A stretch of DNA of 64,000 bases from Camelus dromedarius (Eukaryota), in contig NC_087436.1 of the NCBI RefSeq assembly GCF_036321535.1, forward strand, positions 24,988,001 to 25,052,000, in the 5' to 3' direction. The position numbers and the translations under genes are program-made. Below the pieces are notes generated by a model. It was not told the origin of the DNA and made no database searches. It saw only the letters and a list, made by a program, of their open reading frames with translations. Each line of letters begins with the position of its first letter. The first letter of the stretch is position 1. This document shows positions 23,382-36,005 of the stretch, piece by piece.

Positions 23382-26300
23382 GTAAGAATGAACAAACTGC
23401 AGATGAAAAATTGACTTTGGTCCCAAATGGCTAAGGCAAAAAGCTCCAAACATGGAACTGAAGGAAATAGCAGAGTTTTATTTTGATGTAAAATTGGAAT
23501 GGAGGAAATAAAATACCATTTTACTGGAGCAAAACATAAGGAATCTGGAGAATAAATCTAGACATTAAAAGTTATTTGATAGTAAATTCTCAGCCACTCC
23601 TTCAGAGGAATGGTCAAGCGAGGTGAAGAGAGAGAGCTTGGAAGAGCCACCATTGTACATCATACAGAGAAAATAACAGGTTACCCCACAGCTGGCTTGT
23701 TAAATGGGTCGGTTTTGAACTTGCCAGAGGCCTTTGTGATTCAATCTTAAATGGCCCCTTTCTTTAATTATTATCTGTTCTTTGCAGCTCTCTCTATTTA
23801 TGTATTAGAGTAAGTAGGGTAAGGTCCTTATCCACAGCATTATACCTTCTTTCTCTCTTTCTCTTTTATGTTCTCTTTATTTCCTTTGTCCTTTACTGAG
23901 ATGGAATTTCCTCATTGAAATCGTATTTTTAAAAAAAGGAATAAAATACACCACTATTTTAGATTACTTTATAAATTTTCAGACCATTTCATGTTCACTG
24001 TCTTATGAATGTATCTTCTTAGTAACTTATGAATTAAACTAAATTGGTATTATTCCAAGTTTTTGAAAACTACACAAGCTGTGGCCAGGTAGGTAAGTGT
24101 CTGGCACATTTGAAATGTGATGGAGCAAGAGTTGCAACTCCACTCCAAGGAGGCTCTTGGCCCCCCAGATTATTCTGTTTCCTATAAAGCAGTGCCTTTG
24201 GGGTGTAATTCTTTAAGGCCTAAGAAGTAAAATGCAATCAGTTAGGAAATGTCTCTATTTAAAACAGAGCAAATAAATACTCACATATCTTATGCATACA
24301 TTAGACATTTTTTAAAAAGTTAATCACCAATTTCAGTGGAGTGAAACAGACATTGAGATCTGACCTCTACATCAGACTGGGAGATGGTGCCTACTTGGGC
24401 TAATTTGGGGGGTTTAATTTTGGAGTTTTGATATTATTTCAAAACTTTTAGGGTGTAATTCATTTTCTTGAATGATACTGGATCCTTCTTTTGTTTTTCA
24501 TTCATTCGTTAAAAAGTAAATGCCAAATATTGTACTAGATGCCTTCAATTCAAGAGTGAACAGTCTCATGAAATTTGTTTCCCCAAAGGAAAGCAAAGTT
24601 ATAACCTTATATAATATGCTACATAATTTAAGTCCTTGGTTTAATATTGTCGTTTTATACCTTATACTTACATCTGCATTTTAATAAATGCAAAACAATC
24701 TGCATTTCTTGGTATGCCTCTGGGGATAGGTTTCTATCCTTTTGATATTTTGCACTGATTTAGAGCCTCTTCTCTGGGCAGTTTGTGCTGTCATAAGTTG
24801 TGTCTTTAAGTGAGGGCAATATCATCATGCAAAAGAGTAATGTCTCCATTAACGCCTAAGTCATTATTTAAAAGGTTAATTATAATAATTCTTCATGAGA
24901 ATCTTTACCTTCTTGGGAGGCAAGGGAGAGGCATGTTAGGTGATTCCTTCTCATCAGCTCAGGAAAACAGAGATATTTGAAGTTTGGTGCCTTTCTACAG
25001 CCCTAGGTACAGATCAGACATGAAGGAGTGACGAGCAATCCTTGACCCACTGATGACAAGTGACTTGTTTCCTGCTCAGGATGGTTTCCATGGTTTCAAG
25101 GCATGTTGCTGAGTTAGGGTCTGCTCCTTTGCTTTGGCATCTTCCTTTCTGGGGAAGCCATTTTGGCCCCTGGTTTCACCATTTTCTCTTTTCAAAAGCA
25201 ACCTACACATTGAACAGAGATGACTTGCAGACTCCAGTCATAAAGCAGTTTCGATTTTGTCTCCCTCTATCCTTTAAACATGGTCTGTGGAATGAATCTT
25301 CCCCATCACTGCATGAATAGTTTCCATGATTTTTCTGGTCACTCTTTGGCAACCCAGTTTTCTGGTAACTTCAGGCCTCAAACAACTGTCTCAGGTTAGC
25401 CATTTTATTATCAGTTGCATGTGTTAATACAGACTTTAATTCTGAGTTAAAGTTGAGACATATTCCTGTCTGGAAGCTCGGAGAGAAGCCTGAAGTTGAA
25501 GTGGGAGTGGGAGGGATTTATTACCTAAGCTCCTCCTTCACCTTTCCTCTCCAGCTCACCCACAGATATTTCTGGCTCTTCGGGGGTTGGAGGTGTAGAG
25601 GAAGGAAAGGTAAGAAAGGCAGCAAAGATGTTAGTTCACAAGTCCTTGTGTGGCAATCTAGCAGCTTTGCAGGTGTTTACAGCTGACAACCTGACAGATA
25701 TTGATGATTCTTTGGTAGGGGACCCTATGAGCTTCTGCACTTTCCTGCAAGATCTCAAGTAGAAGTCAGCTTGCTCTTTGCTGTATGATTAGCAAAATTG
25801 TCTTTTTCTAGTAGCAAATGATCCCTTATTGCTTTCTGGCACAAGCCATGGATTTTATCCAGTGCTTGATAAATGTATAATAATCAACTAAAGACGGACA
25901 AAGAAACAGTACATTAGACCAGGTTGGTGAGTCAGTCTTGGGAAAGAGTTCAAACTGATAGGACGTATGTGATAGAAGAACATGAAGATCAACACAGTGT
26001 TAAAATAATACTGGTATTGCAAGTATGCGGGAACAGAAATGATGAGACTGAAGTCATCCACAAGGGGAAAAGACATACGGGGAAGTAAGAAGAGCAGAAA
26101 CCTGGAAGTTGTGTTGCCAAATCAAAAGAGAAATCTGCATGTGACATTAGGATTGTCTGTGAATCAGGAACTGTGGAAATGTAAAAGAGGAAGTTATACA
26201 AGCATATTGTATTTGTATTTAGGCAGAAAATAATTTCCCAACAACATATGACCTAACAGGATTCCCCAGCTCCAAGTATCTTTGCCTGAGTGCTTCTAAG

Positions 26301-26629
26301 GATTTAAGTAGTCAAATAAAACAGGGAGGAAAAGGAGTCAGTGGACATCATGATTCTTTTATAAGGGAAGTTTTGTATGTTTCTTATAAAAGAATGCAAG
26401 TATAAGTTATAAACAAATAGTTGAAATAAAGGTTTAATTTATAGGCAGTAGGACCACTAATATGCTCACTAAATACTAGCTGGGTGTTGGGACCCTATTT
26501 AATGAGATTTACCAACCCCCCCAAACCAACATGTCTATCTGTTAAATAGCCATTAAATATCAGTAATTTTTGTTTGTTATGGAAAACACGGTGAAACTAT
26601 TCGAACCGACAGAAAGCTACAAATAATAG

Positions 26630-26850
26630 TTATAAGTAGTATTTATTGAGTGTTTATTAGAAGCCAGACACTGTTCTACAGATTTCCTGAACATAATCTC
26701 CTTTCAGGATTCCTGGGCTATCAGGTCAGTAGTCCTGCATTCTCATTCACAGTTGGGGGAAGTGTAATTAACTCGCCTAAGTTCACACAGCTGGTCAGTG
26801 ATGTGAAGCTCGAACTCAGGTAGTCTGACTCCAGAACTCATGTTCCTACT
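26630..26850 (-). mobile_element. MIR SINE relic
   Basis: atttattgagtg...taactcgcctaagttcacacagctggtcagtg...gaactcaggtagtctgactccaga. Confidence 0.65.
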
Positions 26851-28374
26851 GATAAGTAACCCAATGGCCGCTGTCTAATAATAGTAGCCTTAAAGCTAGA
26901 CGCTGGTGATCTGATTTTCAGCCCAGACCAGACCTTCTGTGGTCTTTGTCACACTGATGGTAGGAGTCAGATGATCTGTTGAAAGCATCTGTTATGAGCC
27001 CTCACTATCACTTATGCTTCTGCCAGATCAAGTCCTGGAGACAGAAAAGCAGAGCTCCTGAAGTTTCAATCCTCCTAACTCTTTCTTTGTCTCAGGTTTT
27101 TTTTTATTCTTTCACAAGCTGCAGTCTCAAATTCATCATCCCTTTGTTGACCACCAAATTTCTCTTTCTCTTCCTCCTGCATTACTTCCTTTTGGTTCTT
27201 CCATTTTGCTTGCTGCCTGGGTTGGAGGTGGGCAATGCTGTAGGAAAAAACTTGTCTCAAAGATTCACTGATGGCTGAGAGCAGAGAGGAAGTGTTGGCA
27301 AAAGTCTGAAAACATGCACGCAGACCACCTGAAGGTTTTGCATTTGTGGTATTGTATTACAGTTCACGTTTTGGGGGCAAACAGTGAATGATGAAAGCCT
27401 AAAACAAAACAAAACAAACTCTGAAAAGGAATGTTGTGCTCACATAATTGTTGCTTGTCAAAACCACATTTAATAACTATAGCCCATAGCGGGATTTGGT
27501 TCTCTGCAACATCATTAATAATTAATCCTTTAAATTTATTGTTGACAGCTAATGAATACATACCAAGTTTATTGCTCTCTCTAAATTCTTGCCCAAGACG
27601 TCAATTTATTTTCTTCTTATTTCAGTTTTATTTTCCCTATTTTTAAAAAGTTAAAATTAATGTCATTTCATACTGTTCCATAATGCTTCTAAAAACTCAT
27701 TTTTCCCCTAGAGCTTACTTACCAATAAAAGTTTTGAATAATCAAATCGTAGCTATCCCTTTATCTTTCCTTTGGCTAAATGTTAGATTATGCCCTCTGG
27801 TTAAGAATTGCATCGTGTGTATCTCAATGCAGTGCCAACCACGTTGCTACCTTTTACAACTAAACAACGACCTTAGTAACAACACATATGAGAGCTTATT
27901 AACTTTAACTGAACATATTAACCTTAACAGAGCATATACTTTTAAGGAAATAATTATGCATCCTCACTAGACTGTGTGGGAGTTGAAAGTCTGGAAACGA
28001 TATGGCAAGACAGTTATGTAAGAAATTCAGCTAAACATACTCAGCTGAAACAAAGCATCTAAGTCTAGAAATAGTGTATAGTGGGTGACACCAGTAAGTT
28101 AAACCACATGGCATGGATGACAGTATCCTGAGTTAGAGATTCTACAGTCACTCTTTGCAAACCCATTCCACTGCCTAGTGTTGAAATCTGAAGAAAGCTC
28201 TTTGCATGCAATCTGTATTTTTGGTTGTTTCTTCTTGGATTATCTGCACAGAAGGGGAAAACAACTGATTCTTACCCTTTCTATTGGCCTGAAGACTTTT
28301 ACTAAGTTTTTAATTCTTTCTCTAAGCTAATACCTGTTGTTATTCATAATTTTTGATAAGCTTGTTTGCCGTAC

Positions 28375-28575
28375 AGCTTTCCTGTCTATTGAGGTGGCTA
28401 CTAGTCACAGTGGCTCTTTAAGTTTAAACCAATTAAAGTAAATACAAATTTCAGTTCTTCAGTCACAGTAGCCACATCTCATGTACTCAGCAGTTCTGTG
28501 ACTGATGGCTACCATGTCGGACAGTGTAGCTCTAGAACATTTTCCACACTGCAGAAAGTTCTAATGGGTAGTGTT
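28375..28575. mobile_element. hAT-Charlie MITE (MER3-like)
   Basis: ggctactagtcacagtggct...ttcagttcttcagtcacagtagccacat...tagaacattttccacactgcagaaagttcta. Confidence 0.65.
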
Positions 28576-31500
28576 CCTTAGTGTGGAACAACCCTGATCT
28601 CCTGCCTGTATGTTCATAATGACAGACAGTTACCTTTCAGAGATTTGTGATAATTCTCTTAGGTTGTTGAGTGCATACTAAAAGAATCTTGGAGTTGGTG
28701 AAATAATTTTTACCCCATATAGATATTCTTAACAGTAGGATAGGACCTAACACAGGGAGGGACTCAGGGATCCTCTCTCAGGTCTCAGAAAATCGTCCTC
28801 TTTACCCACTTGGCTACTGATTCATACTCTATTTCTTTCACTAGGAATTAGGAAAACCCACTGAGTTTTTCACTCTGCTTGCCTTACATTTTCATCATTC
28901 ATTTTTTGATGAAGTATGCTCCTTAAATTTTACTAGAGAACATTACAACTTCTGTAATAAGGTAGGTTGATGTTGTTCATAGTTCAGCTAAACAAAGTTC
29001 CAGGTTCTTAAGCTGATTTCTATGATCCTCATAATCCTTTAAACATATCTATCACGTAGTGGAGTCCTGCAGATTCTGAGGTAACATAATATTAATAGAG
29101 AATGACTTCAGTATTTTTACTTTTGCATTCCTGTATATATGCATTAATCTCAGTGTTTTATTTTAAAAGTGAGGTGTTAAAACTGTGTATAGGTGCTTTT
29201 CCCTACCTCATATTTGGTGACATGGCCCCCACTGCATGGTACCACAGCAGGCTCTGTACTGATCATGATATTAAGATGAAGATTTCACATGAATAATTGG
29301 AAGGAAAATATAAGCAATTGTTTGTCAATTGAGTTACTTCTGAGATTTCAGGTTCAAATCTATTTTTTCTTTTTCTATCTTGGCAGCTAATGAGCGTCCA
29401 TATATCGTTAGTAAGTGATTCAGACCTAAATATATTGCTGGTGCTCACAGAAAAGCATTCAACTCAAGAATGACTAATTTTTTCAAAGATAATATTTAGC
29501 GGGAAGGATCATAAAGGGATAGAGATCTTGGATGTGACAAATGTTATGGGTTTATTTAAATCCCTTAAAATTTTTCTATGCAAAAGTCTGATTCTCCTTC
29601 AGATCCTCAGTGACTATTTCCATCTGGCTAAAGCATTGTTGCCTCTGGGATCCCAGTGGGGTGAAAAGATGAAGTGGCCCAGGGCAGTAGCTTCATGCAT
29701 TTTACATTATCACCTGTCACTACGTCTTAACGTTCTTTGTAAGAACAAGGTGGCCTGCCCCACTCAGGCCAAGACCTTGATCACCCGCCAGATGCCCAGC
29801 AGCTTGTTTGACCTCATTAAAATTGAGCGATCATGTTAATGTGTGGGGCTGAGGCCAAACCTCTTAGAGCTGTTTCAAATTTCTGAGGATATTATCATAG
29901 GATTTGGTTTGTGATCTTTTCTTAGTATTTTCTAGCGGATCGGTCTGAATAGAAATAGACGAAGAGGGAATTAGATCTGGAAATTGGAATTAAAAGCAAA
30001 ATGTGCTACAAAAAATACAGCCAACACATGGCTCCTTCATGTTTTTTTTTTTTTCCCTCTAAGAAATAATTTGTGGTACAGAAACCTATAAGATATAATA
30101 CTTAAAAAGTACTGTTAAATGAAAACTTGCAAACTATGGAAGCATGATGGCATTAGCTGCCCAGAGGGGCAAATAATTATAGCTGTTTTTTATTGGCAGG
30201 GAGAGTTTCTACCTGATACTGTGCTAACCCAGTCGTGACCTCTGCTTTCATGCCTATCTTGCTGAAAGTAAAAAATGTGAATTTAGATCACATAGAAAGT
30301 GTTGCACAGGATTACAATGCATTTCTAGTGGCTTTGTCAAGATCACGTGGAGTCGGCAACTGGTTAGATTTTCTGAAGGTTGCAGATGTTCTTGAACATA
30401 AATCAAACCTCTGTCTCTGAAGGATAAAGTTTTTACTTCTAGTTTAATTATTTACTGCCAAAGGACATGCTTCTACCATTGCTTGGGGTCCAGTTAACTT
30501 CCCTGCACAGTGGTCCTGTCAAGATGGTACAAATGCCTCCACTAATTGGTGTCCTGCCCTGTTGTCCTCACGCTGAGTTCAGCATGAAGCCAGTCTCTCT
30601 CAAAGAATAAGCTTAGTGTGATGAAAGCCCTGTGATGCTACAGGGCACAGATGTGCAGTGCCGGAATGTGTTTGTTCAGTCTGCATGGACACTTTTTCAA
30701 ACACAAAGAATATAGTTGATCACACTTGATTGTTATTTTTAACTTTCATAGAAATGATATGTTATGCACTTGTACTCTTGCAGATGGATACCTATAAACC
30801 ATCAATGACCCCAGAAATAATCATTCTTTCTTAAAACTGACATTAGCCATACAAGTAGTCAGAAGGAGTGAACACTCAGGCTGAATCCTCGTGGTCAGAT
30901 GACATCTTATACTTGCATCTGGGTCCTTTTGGGCACCACCTTGATCACTTCATTTCGTATCTGTACCTCAGTCTCCTTGTCTATAAAATTATGACCCAGA
31001 ACTAAAAGTTGATTCATGTTCTTTCCTGTATTTAAAGTAAATGATTATACGACATAACTGGGCCAAAGGATGAAAGTGAGGATTAATGAAATAAGTCATA
31101 AGCTTTGCTCTTTTGATTGATGGAGATTTGATAATCATACACTTGATTGTTTTTATCATTCTCTTTACCAAAAATGAAAGTGGGAATAGAAGAATAAGAA
31201 TGACAGCTTTCCCATGACCTTAACAAAATCGGAGCACCTTACATTTGCACAATAACACCTAATCTTTTTCTGGTTATCAAGCAATTTACATACATGATAG
31301 GATTTGAACTTTTACAGCCACCTGGGGTAGTGAGTGAATAAAGCAGCTATTGTTGTCCAGAGTCTCAGAAACCTCACGTTGTAGAGGTCCCAGTGGTTAG
31401 TGATTGAGCGAGCATGAACCCATTTCTTTTGTCACTAGTACAATAGCTGTTCCACACTATGAATCTACCTCTACACTGTATTTACAGCTAGTAACCCTTC

Positions 31501-32738
31501 TAATACTTTTTCAGGCTTAGAAGAACAGAACCTTGCAATATATAGGATGGTCATTTGCTTTTCGCTTACTAAAACCATTTTTGGTTGGTATTTCAATGTA
31601 TTTGACCTCTATGCTAGTCACATTTTGAAAAATTAAATTGTAGAATTGTTGTGGAAATGATTTTATTTTTACTTTACTTTCAAAGCTGTATGAAAATTTT
31701 TAACTTCTTAGAGGTAGAGGTGGAAGGAATCCTACAGGTCTATCATTGCAGTGGGAAGTCATCATAAAAATGGATATATGTATGACTGGTGGGGAGAGGG
31801 ACTGGACTGTAAATTGCCTGGTAAAACCTAACTGGCTTCTTAAATTTGAAATTGCCCCCTTGACACCTAATTATAAGAAATTATATTGAGATCCTGGAGG
31901 GATACACACACTCTATTTTTATTTGTTTTTTTCTTTAAATTCATGAATAACATGGTAACCAAACATTGGACAATCTGAGAAATCTTGTTTGCAATGTGAC
32001 TATTTCTAGATAGCAAAGGGGTATGATTCATTGAGAAATCTAGACCCTGCACTGTGACACATTGTATGACGTCTCAGGAAGTTTATTCTTTGAGCTGTGA
32101 TAATAAATCACAACCCCAAAGCATGAGTTCTCAAAGAACAACTATTTTAGAGCTATCTTCTTGAGGGTTGTTTGATTTTCTAACAACTGTTGTTAATGAA
32201 GCTGAAATTTCTAAGCAGGAGACAAGAACTTACATGAGTTTTTTCAGGTTTATGCAGAATTATGGTATGTAATTTTTGATTTCTTGAAACTCTGTGATAG
32301 ACATTTTTTCTAGGTTAACATTCATTATATTAACATGGCTACTGTTTCAAAAAATGAACACCCTTGATAAATAATATTTGCTGTTTTCAACCCTCCTCAA
32401 AAGACATCTTCAGGGGTCCTAGATTGGCTATTTTGAATGGAATCAACCTAAAAATGACATTCCCCACATTGGCTCATTCTCTTGACTGGGTTGCCCTGTC
32501 TTGGTTTGGCTAAGTCATCTTTATCTTTGGATGCTGGGTAAAGACTTTTATTCTTGTTCTGAAAATCTTGCTGATTTGCAGAACAAACCTCCAGCCCGAG
32601 TATTTTTCTTTTGTAAGTTACATAAGTCGTGCTGCGTGAACTAACATCTTGTCACTCATTGTCCTAAAGCAAGAGCCAAACTGGTGAGAAACCACCCACT
32701 GTTGAATATGAAACCTGTGCCAAAAAGGCAACAGCTCC

Positions 32739-32864
32739 ATGCTGCTCTGCTGTGCCCCGAGTGATCAAACAAGCCTGCGAGCAAGCAGGAACTGCAGCAG
32801 CAGGAATCAAAGGAGTCCACTAGCCACGCAGAGTAGAGAGGAGCAAGGCAGCGATTTTCTTAAG
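32739..32864 (+). CDS. Candidate coding portion of an alternative first exon (MLLCCAPSDQTSLRASRNCSSRNQRSPLATQSREEQGSDFLK)
   Basis: ATG at 32739 is open for 42 codons and ends exactly (phase 0) at the donor AAG|gtgagg (32864/32865); non-repeat sequence with locally retained CpGs. Confidence 0.4.
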
Positions 32865-33126
32865 GTGAGGTGACACTATGCAAGCAAAGGCACCCTTCCA
32901 TTGTTTTTGTTCCGGACATTTGAGCACCATTAGAGGAGAAACTGCAGGCTGATGCAATTTTTATTCACTGGATAGAGAAATGACAGAGGACCATTGCTAG
33001 GAAGATTTTGCTTCCTATTTGGTGTTTGTGTTTATATATTTATGTTTATACTTATATTCTTATTTTGTTCTGAAAACAACTTATAGTATCTCAGTCTATT
33101 ATGTGCATATGTATGTGTGTAAGATA

Positions 33127-33127
33127 T

Positions 33128-33165
<38 letters not shown>
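33127..33165. repeat. (CA)n(TA)n compound microsatellite
   Basis: Read directly from the sequence. Confidence 0.95.
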
Positions 33166-33200
33166 GAATTTTTGGTTAAGGCCTTCTAGATTATCTTTTA

Positions 33201-34580
33201 AAACTTTTCCCCCAGTTTTATTGAGATATAATTAACATAGAGCATCATATTAGTTTTAGGTGTATAACATAATGAGTATATATATGTATATATTGAGAAA
33301 CGATCACTACAATAAGTTTAGTTAACATTCATCACCTCACGTATACAATTTTTTCTTATAATGAGAACTTTTAAGATCAATTCTCTTAGCAACTTGCAAA
33401 TATACAATACAGTCTTGTGGACTGTTGTCACCAGAGCTTACTTATCTTGTAAGGGAAGTTTATATCTGTTGACTGAAATCAAATGCACAACCTAAGAGTT
33501 GAGAGTTACGTTTTACTTGGTGGATTTCCTGAGCACTCAGCCCAGGACACAGCATCTCAGATCACTCTAAGAGGGTGTTCCAAAGTGGCAAGGTAGAAGC
33601 CAGGATATATGGGTTTTTGCAACAAAGACCAGGTGGTCTGAACATCAAAAAATTACTGTTAATTAAAGAAAACCAGTTACCTCAAGTTGAGGAATATAGC
33701 ACTTTTCTACATATGGGAAGGTGCTAAGGTCTGGGCTCATTGAAATCATTCCTTTGATATGCACCTAGCTGTCAGTATCCTGCTCTTTCACATTCTGAGT
33801 TCCCTCAGGGTGTCTGGTTGGGGAGTGGCTGCAGAGGCCAGGCTGCCTGCTTGTTCATATCCTGATTCCCTCTGCTCACTGTCAGGGGGGTGGCAGTAGT
33901 GGCTGGTGACTTGATGGACACAGCATCCTTTGATTACTGCTATGGCTGGCAATATTTTTCATTCATGTATCTTTTGACCACGTTCACCCATTTCCCACCC
34001 CCATCCCCCACATCTGGCAATCTGTTCTCTGATTGTGTAAGTTATTGTAGATTCCATATATAATGAGATAATACCATATTACATAGTAATTGTCTTTTTG
34101 TGTCTTATTTCACTTAGCATAATGTCCTCAAAGTCCATTCATACTGCCTCAAGACAAGGTTTCCTACTTTTTGATGATTGAATAATATTCCATTGTGTGT
34201 GTATATCTATATCTATCTGTATCACTTTTTAAAATCCATTTATCTTTCAGTGGACACTTAGATTGTTTCCACATCTTAACTATTGTAAATAATGCTGCAG
34301 TAAACATAGGGATGCAGATTTCTCTTTTTCTTTAAGATAGTGATTTCATTTCCTTTGAATATATATCCAGAGTGGGATTGCTCAAGCATATGTTAGCTCT
34401 TCTTTTAATTTTTTGAGTAACCTATACTGTTTTCCACAGTGGTTGCACCAATTTACATTCCCACCAACAATGCACAAGGATTCCCTTTTCTCAACAGCCT
34501 TGTCAACACTTGTCTCCTGTCTTTTTGATGATGGCCATTCTAATAGGGGTTAGGTGATATCTCATTGTGGTTTTGACTTG
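33201..34580 (-). mobile_element. Older 5'-truncated L1, interrupted by an LTR
   Basis: L1 3'UTR/ORF2 end on minus strand; exact 14-bp TSD tagattatctttta at 33187-33200 and 34581-34594. Confidence 0.9.
33467..33966 (-). mobile_element. ERV1-type solo LTR nested in L1
   Basis: Starts tgttgactgaaa and ends ...tttttcattca; flanked by (ta)tatc / (tg)tatc; L1 sequence resumes seamlessly after it. Confidence 0.75.
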
Positions 34581-35904
34581 TAGATTATCTTTTATAGATA
34601 AAACAAGACAGAATATTTTAATATACTCATCTTAATGATGGAGTTAATCACAAACAATTGTTTTAATGTCATTTAATTCCTTCAGAGACTCGTTTCTGTT
34701 GCTCAAATTGAAATCTTGATTTTGCAGGATATTAAGAGGAAATGCATTGACACAATTGATCTTTCACAAGATATTTAATAATTAATAACTTAAAAAATCC
34801 GTTCATATAGACTCTTGGGAATGATCATTTTTAGATGTGGAGTACAATACTGTAACTCTATACTACTTCCAAACCCTCAGAGTAACACTATAGAAGACAT
34901 AAAAATGAGTAGACAGGCAAAAGGAATACTTTGCTGCTTCTAGTGAGTGGTGTTCATACTGTTTCCATCATTTAGCCATTTACCCTGCCTGCTGACTTAT
35001 GGTTGATTGTGTATTTCCCACAGATTCATAGCATCACCAACATTTAGTTACAGCAAAATATTGAAACTGATTAGATTTGGGGTAGGAATGGGTTGATGGT
35101 ATTGGGGACAGGGTGGGCACTGAGGCATTAAATACAGAGAATTCCTGGCTTCTTGTTTTCAGCTCTTAGCTACTGAGCCCCCAGCAGTCTCATTCTCCGC
35201 TGCATCTGTTTACATACCCTTTGGTTCGGCCATGTCAAATTACTTGGGGTTTCAGGCCATGCTCTCTCATGTCTGTGCATTTTCACAGTATGAGGGAGGA
35301 ATGTTTCTTCCCGCTCCTAGTGTATCTATGAATGTGGAGGCAGATCTGCTAGAGTAACATTTCTGACCTCTCTTTGTGCCCTCATACCTGTCACTCCAGG
35401 GAGGGTGAAGTGTGACTTTTCCAGCTGGGGGTTTGGAAAGAGAAGCTGAGCGTGAATCTGCCAGCCCCTTCTCCTTCTTTTCTCTACTTTTCTTGGGAGC
35501 TTGCCGGTGGTCTTCTCTCCCCGTGTTCTCACAGTGACGCATTGCCTGTGACTGGAGAAGTAAGTCTGGCCGACTCACTCGCAGTGTCCACTGCCCACAG
35601 GTGCAACCTGTATCATTCACCCAAGGCTTCTTTGATAATAAAGATTTTCTTTTTGGCTCCCGTCTGCTGTCTTCTTTGGATTATTTTTCAGTTCTCGTTT
35701 GGGGTTAAGGGGTACTATTTTCTGGGTCCATGTGAACCTATAAAACATGTACTGTCTCTTTTCCTGCTATGTTCTTTTTCTTCTGTTTATCTTTCTCAAA
35801 TTCAACTAAAGGATGATCCCTCTCCCATTGGTTGTCTTCCTTTCTTCTTGTTCTGTGCTTTTGAAGAATTGCACACATATGTTCTGTAGCTTATTTTCCT
35901 GTCT

Positions 35905-36005
35905 GTCTTGCCCCCCAGACTGCAGACTCCAGGGTGTAGGGACTGGTTCATTGTCTTCCTGGTACCTACCATAGAACTGGGCATATAGTAGGTACTCCAT
36001 AAAGG
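35905..36005 (+). mobile_element. L2 3' end
   Basis: ccagactgcagactccagggtgtagggactgg...gggcatatagtaggtactccataaa L2 terminal motif. Confidence 0.6.

Noticed and set aside
35267..35889. 117-aa and 145-aa overlapping ORFs
   Set aside because: Pyrimidine/purine-skewed low-complexity sequence; no recognisable homology.
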